Source: a virus
Taxonomy: Duplodnaviria > Caudoviricetes
Direction: 5' to 3' (one strand)
IMG/VR virus record: IMGVR_UViG_3300016669_000020
Location: 1 to 33,962 of that record
DNA length: 33,962 bases
Shown here one piece after another: positions 27,814 through 33,962 of the stretch. The stretch's first letter is position 1, and the number at the start of each line of letters is the position of its first letter. The notes beneath the pieces were generated by a model. That model ran no database searches and was not told the DNA's origin. It saw nothing but the letters and a program-made list of their open reading frames with translations. Position numbers and translations under genes: made by a program.

Positions 27814-28033
27814 GATGGTTCCCCCCGTTGCGACGACCCCAGCGTCGGTTGGCCTCGTTGGTGATGGCCTGACGGAGCCAGTCGTCCGTGATGTCGGCGA
27901 CCGGCAGGGCCGCCACGCCGTGCCGATGCCACGCGGCGGCCCGCATGGCGTTCACCTCGCTGTCGTTGGTCGGGCTGCGCGTGCCACGGTCGAGGCACGA
28001 CCGGGGTGGTTGCGGTGCGCCGGGCATGCTCAC
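27803..28033 (-). CDS. Small hypothetical protein
   Basis: GTGA overlap with the resolvase stop; MRAAAWHRHGV...ITDDWLRQAITNEANRRWG. Confidence 0.65.
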   Translation of the reverse strand: MSMPGAPQPPRSCLDRGTRSPTNDSEVNAMRAAAWHRHGVAALPVADITDDWLRQAITNEANRRWGRRNGGNHHGR

Positions 28034-28578
28034 GCGCGGCCCCCCGTTGGGTCGGTCGCCCAAAGCAGAAGCGCGATGGCATCCGCCTCGTTGTCATCGG
28101 CGGGGCGGAAGCCGCGGGCCTGGATGGCGGCGACCATCTTCGCCTTGTCGGCGTTGCCCTTGCCGGTGGCGTAGCGCTTGATGGTGCCGACCGGAACGCC
28201 CTCGTAGGGGACGTCGTGCTCCTCGCACCAGGCGGTCAGCACGCCGAGGAAGCCGCCGTAGATGTGCGCCGCATCGGTGCCTGCATGCGCACGGACTTCC
28301 TCGAACACGATCCGCGCCACACCGCCGGACAGAGCGGCGACCTCAGCCAGCCATCCGCGGAAGCGTAGGAAGCGCATCCCGCCGCCCTCGAAGCGGCTCG
28401 GCCGGAAGGTGATGGTGCCGGAGGTGATGCCACCGTCCCGACCGCGGAGCGCCCAGCCGGTGGTGGTGCCGAGATCCAGGGCGAGGACGGCGTGGTGCAC
28501 CAAGCTGATGGCAGGCGGGAGGGCGATGGGCGGGCCGCTTGCATCTGCAGCGGGTATAGCGAGAGTCGCGAAAGCCAT
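28030..28578 (-). CDS. RuvC-like Holliday junction resolvase
   Basis: VLALDLGTTTGWA, FEEV, IKRYATGKGNADK, DDNEADA; RNase H-fold acidic residues. Confidence 0.85.
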   Translation of the reverse strand: MAFATLAIPAADASGPPIALPPAISLVHHAVLALDLGTTTGWALRGRDGGITSGTITFRPSRFEGGGMRFLRFRGWLAEVAALSGGVARIVFEEVRAHAGTDAAHIYGGFLGVLTAWCEEHDVPYEGVPVGTIKRYATGKGNADKAKMVAAIQARGFRPADDNEADAIALLLWATDPTGGRA

Positions 28579-28704
28579 GATGGTCTCCGGAAGGGGATGA
28601 TCCTGGTGAGGGCGGCGACGGCGCGGTTCTTGGCGGAGCTCGCCGTCGTCGCCCGGATTGGGGTGGGCCCGTATCCGGCGGCCCGATCGCTGGCGGCCGG
28701 TGCC

Positions 28705-28997
28705 GCCCCAACCCCGGACCCAACCGGGTCCAACCTGTGGCGACCTGGCAGGAAGAACTTTCGCTCCAAATCAACGCGTTATGCGGGCGTGTCCCAACGT
28801 CCCAACCTGGGCCGACATCCCCTAAACCTATAAGGAGAATGTATGTCCGGCCCGACCCAGACCTTCCGCATCTAGGTTTCAGACCCGTTGGGACGGTTGG
28901 GACGTTGGGACCGGAAGCCGCAACCATCTGTTTTCGCGTCGACATTTCCTGTCCCAACCTCGGAGAGGGGGTTGGGACCGCGGAGCGAGGTTGGGAC
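28705..28997. repeat. Iteron-like GTCCCAAC cluster, putative replication origin
   Basis: Exact GTCCCAAC at 28791, 28799, 28951; reverse complement GTTGGGAC at 28887, 28896, 28904, 28971, 28990; degenerate copies at 28705, 28717, 28727. Confidence 0.75.
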
Positions 28998-29016
28998 AGC
29001 AGCGGCACGGCCTGCA

Positions 29017-31602
29017 TCACGAGCTGCCCTCCGGGCGCGGCGCCCGGTATCGCCACTCCCGCGCATCTCGGCCCGAGGCACCCGATTTGTAGCGCTCCCA
29101 CTTCCTCGCCTTCAGGAAGCTGGAGACACGCATCTGATCTGCCCGGGTCCATTTCGCCGGCTCGATGCTGAGCGCCTGCTCCAGCACCTCGCCGACGGAG
29201 ACGTCGGTCAAAAGCTTCGGGCGAGGCACGTGGCGGTCCTGCCAGTCGTCATAGTTGCCGAAGCCGACGTTCACGCTGCGCCGTTCGGAGACGAGCCATC
29301 GCTCGATCAGCGCGTCCCAAGCATCCGGCTCATAGCGGGCCTCCTGTTCGGCTGCGGCGGAGGCGATGAGGTCACGATCCTCTAACCACCACGGCGCGCC
29401 CGCGTTGAAACGCGCAACGGCCTCCGCCCAGAGCTGGTCGCGGTCGCGGCGCAGCCCGTCGAGGTCGATCTCCCCGCAGCGCAGCGGCCAGAAGCGACGA
29501 TTGCCGGTTTCGTCGCGCAGATAGGTGTCGGGATTGACGCTGCCGGCGAAAACGCATTGCCGTGGCACGGTGACGACATAGCGCTCATAGGGCGGCCGAT
29601 ACCGGTCGGAGGTGCGCGTCAGGAAGGCCTTGATCCGCGATACCTCCGCTCTGCCGATGGCGTCGAGCTCGGCCATTTCGATGATCCACACGCCACGCAT
29701 CTGCTGCGCGGCATCCTTCGAGCCGATCTCCGCCAGTTCGTCGGTGAACCAAGCATCGGAGGCGAGCACCTTCAGTGCCGTCGATTTCCGGATGCCCTGC
29801 GGGCCTTCCAGGATCAGCATGTGATCGGCCTTGCAGCCGGGGCGCATGATCCGCGCGACTGCGGAGATCATCCACAGTGACGCCATGGCCCGGTTCAGCG
29901 GCGTGTCGGCCGTTCCGAGATGGCTGACGGCCCATGCGTCGAGGCGCGGTGTCCCATCCCACGTCAGCGCGCGAAGGTAGTCCTGTACCGGGTGGATGCG
30001 GATGTTGCGGGCGACGGCCACGACGCTGCGGCCCACCACGACGGGTGGGACGTTGATCTCGTGCCGCTGGAGCCATTCGGCGCAGCGGACATCGTCGGAC
30101 TCGCCCCAGGCGCGCGGGAGGGTGCTACCGACGGGTTCCCAAGGCAGGGGGCGGGTGACCAGGATCTCCTGCGCGAACTCGTCGAACACGAGCGCGCCGG
30201 CGAAGGCCGCGTCGAGCGACAGTGCTGTGATCACATTCGCCTCGTTCCGCTCCGGCGTGCCGCTCGGCTCAAGGCGCAGCAGAGCAGCCCAGCGCGGGCG
30301 GATCGGTGCCTGGTTCACGTCGCCCGTGGTGTTGAAGCGGCGCCGCAACTCGCCGAGCTGCTTCTCCAGGATGGAGACGGCGATGCCCGTCGCGGATTTG
30401 ATGGCGCCCAGAACCTGGCGCTCCGGCAGCGGCTCGAGACGGAGCATGACGAGGCGCCCCAGCAGCTGGGACAGCGGTGCCATGTCGGGCGGGTTGGTGA
30501 GCGCGGCCGCTTCCGCAAGCAGCTCCTCCGCGGTGGTGGGCGGCGGGGCATGTTTACCGACCAGTGTCGGCGCGGCATAATCCTTGGCCGCAGCGCCCTG
30601 GCGCAGGTCGTCGTTGAAGTCGTCGCCGTGCAGCGGCGCGATGATCCTGGAGGGGATGTTGGCGAGGTTCAGCTGATCCGCGAGCGTGGCCGCGGCCTGC
30701 ATTCCGGGCAGGCCGGCATCGGCGAAGATGGTGACGTGGGTGGTGCCGTCTGGCCACCGCCATCGCCGCAGCCCATCCGCGGAGAGCGCCGCCATGGTTG
30801 GCACGCCGAAGATGACCTGAGCCGAGAGTGCGGTTTCGATACCCTCGGCGACGCCGATCCGGCCGTCATGGGGGAACGGCGCCAGGCGAACCGCACCGCC
30901 GGCGATGGGCCCGAGCATCTTCTTCCCCGGCGGCGCCTTCGCAGAGCCGTCGTCCAGCAAATAGGTGCGATGGATGCCGCCGGTGGGCTCGCCGGCGCCA
31001 TCGCGGGCGACCGCCACCAAGCCAGCCCAGCCGCGCTTCGTGTCGAAGTCAGGGAGGTCAGAGTGGAACAGCAGGTCGGGGCTGTCCGGCACCTCCAGGC
31101 CGCGGCTGCGCAGATAGGTCTCGGCCACCGTGCCCGCGAGCGGCTGACAGCCTTCCAGCAGCCGCGCCACCTCTCGGCTATGGTCCGGCCTCGGCTCCTG
31201 CGGCCGCGGGCTGGGCGGCGGCTGCTCCATATGGGCCAGCCGCGCGGCCTCCGCGAAGAGCCGCGCCTCTGTCAGCCCGGTCGCGTGATAGACCATGTCG
31301 ATCGGCCCGGCGCTTTCACCGGTGGCATGGTCGAAGCCCCAGCCCGCAAAGCGCCCCTCGAGGTGCAGGATGCAGGATCCCTCGCCACGGGGGCGGCGGC
31401 CCGAGAGATCAGCGCAGCGCAGCGTTTTGCGGTCCGGCGAGCGGACCGCCTGCGGGAACAGGGCCGGCAGCCAGTCACGCGCCGTGTCTGCCAGCCTGCG
31501 GCGCACCTCGGTCAGGTCGTGCCGAACCGGCAGCACGGGGCCGGCGTCGTTGAGGTCGATGCAGGATGATACGGTGACGGCGGGATGCGGCTCGGCGTTC
31601 AT
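29017..31602 (-). CDS. TOPRIM primase fused to a VapE/VirE-type helicase-ATPase
   Basis: YLRSRGL, GIHRTYL, VAEGIETALS, IFAD, DFND (TOPRIM); LEGPQGIRKST, WIIEMAEL, YRPPY, DETGNRRFW (VapE); ATGA overlap with the upstream helicase. Confidence 0.9.
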   Translation of the reverse strand: MNAEPHPAVTVSSCIDLNDAGPVLPVRHDLTEVRRRLADTARDWLPALFPQAVRSPDRKTLRCADLSGRRPRGEGSCILHLEGRFAGWGFDHATGESAGPIDMVYHATGLTEARLFAEAARLAHMEQPPPSPRPQEPRPDHSREVARLLEGCQPLAGTVAETYLRSRGLEVPDSPDLLFHSDLPDFDTKRGWAGLVAVARDGAGEPTGGIHRTYLLDDGSAKAPPGKKMLGPIAGGAVRLAPFPHDGRIGVAEGIETALSAQVIFGVPTMAALSADGLRRWRWPDGTTHVTIFADAGLPGMQAAATLADQLNLANIPSRIIAPLHGDDFNDDLRQGAAAKDYAAPTLVGKHAPPPTTAEELLAEAAALTNPPDMAPLSQLLGRLVMLRLEPLPERQVLGAIKSATGIAVSILEKQLGELRRRFNTTGDVNQAPIRPRWAALLRLEPSGTPERNEANVITALSLDAAFAGALVFDEFAQEILVTRPLPWEPVGSTLPRAWGESDDVRCAEWLQRHEINVPPVVVGRSVVAVARNIRIHPVQDYLRALTWDGTPRLDAWAVSHLGTADTPLNRAMASLWMISAVARIMRPGCKADHMLILEGPQGIRKSTALKVLASDAWFTDELAEIGSKDAAQQMRGVWIIEMAELDAIGRAEVSRIKAFLTRTSDRYRPPYERYVVTVPRQCVFAGSVNPDTYLRDETGNRRFWPLRCGEIDLDGLRRDRDQLWAEAVARFNAGAPWWLEDRDLIASAAAEQEARYEPDAWDALIERWLVSERRSVNVGFGNYDDWQDRHVPRPKLLTDVSVGEVLEQALSIEPAKWTRADQMRVSSFLKARKWERYKSGASGRDAREWRYRAPRPEGSS

Positions 31603-32921
31603 GCGAGGATCACCAGCCCCTGCTCGGCGCGGGTGATGGTGGTGTAGAGCCAGCGGCGGCGATCCAATTCCGTGCGGCCGAGACCATCGTCCCAGACCAC
31701 GACGTTCTCCCACTGCGAACCCTGACTCTTGTGACCGGTGATGGCCCAGCCGAAGGTCGCCTCGGTCAGCGCACGCTTGGTCTTCCAGTCGCGGTCGTGG
31801 CGCTGCTTGTCGAAGGCGATGTGATCCTCGAAGTGCCCCTTGTAGATGCGGAGCCGGCCGCGGTTCCCGTCCTGCTGTGGTGGGCCGATGCGATTGCCGT
31901 CCTCATCGGTCACCACGGCGGAGAAGTAGTGCGTCCCCTCGTCGACGACCGCGTCGAGCGAGAGGAACATGCCGTTGATCAGCCCAAGATCGTTCTGGTT
32001 CTTCAGGCAGACGATTTTCTCGGCGGGGCCGGTCGGCAGCCAGCCTGGCCCGAAGCCTGCGGCCTGCCGCATGGCATTGTTCAGCTGCAGCCGGGTGGCG
32101 TTCATGCCGCAGATGACCTGGCCACCGCGGAGCGCCTGTTCCGGCGTCACGTCGGATTTGCGCATCTTCCAGACGTGGGTGTCGTATTGCCCGAAGCCGA
32201 TCGCCACGCCCTCGCGGGCCATAGTGGCGAGGCGGATGATGGCGCTCTCGGCGGCCTGACGGTGGATCTCGGTGAGCATGATGTCCGGCGTATCCTTCGT
32301 GAAGGCGCCTTCGCCCTGGATGGGTGGCAGCTGGCCGGGATCGCCGAGGACCAGGATGGGCTTGCCGAAGCTCATCAGGTCGCGCGCCATGTCCTCGCCG
32401 ACCATCGACACCTCATCGAGCACGATGAGCCTCGCATGCGCCGCGTCGCTCTTCGGATTCAGCGCGAAGCGTGGCCGCTTCATCTCGGAGACGGCCTGGC
32501 GCATGGCCTCGATGGTCGCCTCGGAGGTGGTCCGGTCGAAGCCGGAAAGCTGCCGGGCGCTGGCCATCGCGTCGGCAATCTTCTTCTCAGCGGCCTCGAC
32601 TTCCTCCTCGGTCGCTTCGATGACGCTGTAGATCAGGCTGTGGATGGTGCGAGCCGGTGTGCCTTTCCGGCGCAGGACCAGCGCGGCCTTGCCCGTGAAG
32701 GTGGCGGTGACGACGCCGGGGACGCAGCCCTCGCCATCACCGTCCGCGTGATGCGGCTCGAGGCCGAGCTCGTCCAGCGCGAACTTCAGGACTGTCGATT
32801 TGCCGGTGCCGGCGAAGCCGAACAGTCGGAAGACTTGTTGCCTTTCGGTGCCGTGCTGGAACCACTGCCGGATCGCGGCGATGGCGCGGTGTTGGGTGTC
32901 CGATGGGGTGATGTCGTTCAT
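31599..32921 (-). CDS. RecD/Dda-like SF1B DNA helicase
   Basis: GFAGTGKS, TFTGKAA, TIHSLIY, LDEVSMV, GDPGQLPP, LTEIHRQ, AITGHKSQGSQW, YTTITRA. Confidence 0.93.
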   Translation of the reverse strand: MNDITPSDTQHRAIAAIRQWFQHGTERQQVFRLFGFAGTGKSTVLKFALDELGLEPHHADGDGEGCVPGVVTATFTGKAALVLRRKGTPARTIHSLIYSVIEATEEEVEAAEKKIADAMASARQLSGFDRTTSEATIEAMRQAVSEMKRPRFALNPKSDAAHARLIVLDEVSMVGEDMARDLMSFGKPILVLGDPGQLPPIQGEGAFTKDTPDIMLTEIHRQAAESAIIRLATMAREGVAIGFGQYDTHVWKMRKSDVTPEQALRGGQVICGMNATRLQLNNAMRQAAGFGPGWLPTGPAEKIVCLKNQNDLGLINGMFLSLDAVVDEGTHYFSAVVTDEDGNRIGPPQQDGNRGRLRIYKGHFEDHIAFDKQRHDRDWKTKRALTEATFGWAITGHKSQGSQWENVVVWDDGLGRTELDRRRWLYTTITRAEQGLVILA

Positions 32922-33691
32922 GCCGGCACCTCCCAGCAGCGTGCCGCGTAGGGGCAGAAGCGGCAGAGATAGAAATCGACGTGGGCTGCGATCCGTGGCG
33001 GCAGTTCGCCGGCGTCAGCAGCGCGAAGTATGTCGACGGCGCGGTCCGAGAGGCGCTGCGCCTCGTCGGGTTCAAAGGGCACGACCTCATGGTGCAAGGC
33101 CAGCGTGTCGCGGTTCAGCGCGGTGAGTAGTGCAACCTCGAGCTCGAGATAGGCCATGTAGAGCTGCACCTGGGCGAAGTAGATCGGCTTGGACTGCCGT
33201 AGCCCGTGCTTGACGAGGTCGGTCCACGACTTCTGGCCGAGCGCCTTGTGTTCCCAGAGCGAGGGCCAGCGGATGCCGACATCGGGACCGGAGACGATGA
33301 CGCCATCGGCATGGCCACGCAGCTTTCCGCCGGCAGCGGCAAACCCGAATTGCTCGCCGTCGGCGCCGCGATCGCGCAGGTCGAAGCCCGCCTGGCGGAG
33401 CCAGCGGATGGACAGCGTCTCGAACTGGTGTCCGGCGTCGAAGATGCGCAGGATGCTGCCGTCGAAGTCGCGGCCGGCGTCCTTCGGCGTGTGGGCCACC
33501 TCGTAGACCAGCTTTCGGGCGCAGGCCTCGCCGATGCGGCTGCCGCCGAGATAGTCGCGCGGGCGCTGCCGCTGGTTGCGCGCAACCAGCGCCGCATCGA
33601 CATGCGCGTTGATGCGAGCCGTGGTGTCGGCCACACCGTGCGCGGCGCGTCCATAGACCAGGCCGGATTGATGATTGAGATCGAGGAGCAT
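32918..33691 (-). CDS. Cas4-like PD-(D/E)XK exonuclease
   Basis: YLGGSRIG..C.R, GH, GHADG, WEHK, QVQLYM, CRFCPY...C (four Cys, Fe-S staple pattern). Confidence 0.85.
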   Translation of the reverse strand: MLLDLNHQSGLVYGRAAHGVADTTARINAHVDAALVARNQRQRPRDYLGGSRIGEACARKLVYEVAHTPKDAGRDFDGSILRIFDAGHQFETLSIRWLRQAGFDLRDRGADGEQFGFAAAGGKLRGHADGVIVSGPDVGIRWPSLWEHKALGQKSWTDLVKHGLRQSKPIYFAQVQLYMAYLELEVALLTALNRDTLALHHEVVPFEPDEAQRLSDRAVDILRAADAGELPPRIAAHVDFYLCRFCPYAARCWEVPA

Positions 33692-33698
33692 GGGTCCC

Positions 33699-33962
33699 CT
33701 AAAATGGAATCGGGTCGTCGAACGGATCCCGCTCGGTCGCCTGCCGCTGCATGGATGCCTGGAAGCCGTCGACGCAGGCCTCGATGATGCGGTCGATCTC
33801 GGCCGCGCTGCGGTCATGGAACGGCGCCATCAGGTTCAGCTCCACCAGCACTTCGGCGAGTGGACGACGCGCGTCCTTCACCGCGCGCTCCTCCATCTGG
33901 GTTTTGTCGATCACGCCGTTGGACCACCGGCCCAACGCGCCACCCGCCTCGCAGCACCGCAT
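33699..33962 (-). CDS. DUF6511-like small phage protein (5' end uncertain or outside the window)
   Basis: VIDKTQMEERAV...IIEACVDGFQASM...DDPIPF acidic C-terminus. Confidence 0.6.
   Translation of the reverse strand: MRCCEAGGALGRWSNGVIDKTQMEERAVKDARRPLAEVLVELNLMAPFHDRSAAEIDRIIEACVDGFQASMQRQATERDPFDDPIPF

Larger units (their letters stand above)
1..33962 (-). mobile_element. Lambda-like siphovirus prophage (partial; integration/immunity module outside the window)
   Basis: Contiguous co-oriented replication, packaging (GpA-type terminase, lambda-type portal), head, tail tube, tape measure and tail tip genes, many with ATGA/GTGA overlaps. Confidence 0.95.

Noticed and set aside
28705-28997. Short repeats as a possible CRISPR array
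   Set aside because: Units are 8 bp, in both orientations and irregularly spaced; there is no repeat-spacer periodicity
28236-29385. ORFs spanning the primase-resolvase intergenic region
   Set aside because: Low-complexity translations overlapping real genes; the interval is better explained as non-coding origin and leader
32918-33691. Cas4-like gene as evidence of a CRISPR-Cas system
   Set aside because: No other cas genes or array; stand-alone Cas4-like nucleases are common in phage replication modules

Overview
The whole window is part of a GC-rich, lambda-like siphovirus prophage, probably from an alphaproteobacterium (host inferred from gene content only). Nearly all core genes lie on the minus strand. 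Read from right to left they are: a replication/recombination block (DUF6511-like protein, Cas4-like PD-(D/E)XK nuclease, RecD-like helicase, TOPRIM-VapE primase/helicase), an iteron-like GTCCCAAC repeat cluster, a RuvC-like resolvase and a DUF6456-like regulator. Next come an AT-richer moron with a His-Me-finger-like motif, a lambda-like cos candidate, and two ParB-N/DNA methyltransferase fusions. The morphogenesis block follows: terminase small and large subunits, gpW, lambda-type portal, an unexplained 497-aa beta-rich protein, fused protease/capsid, DUF2190, lysis-like genes, connectors, tail tube, tail chaperone with a GGGAAAC -1 frameshift site, tape measure, tail-tip genes and a pectate-lyase-like tail spike. 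The central tail-tip gene is split by an apparent 1-bp deletion near 2441. Four two-gene cassettes sit antisense inside the late region: three different type II toxin-antitoxin modules (ParDE-like, Phd-VapC, AbrB-VapC) and a small ORF plus DUF3489. No integrase, repressor or att site is visible in the window. Family names come from motif recognition and synteny, not from database searches.
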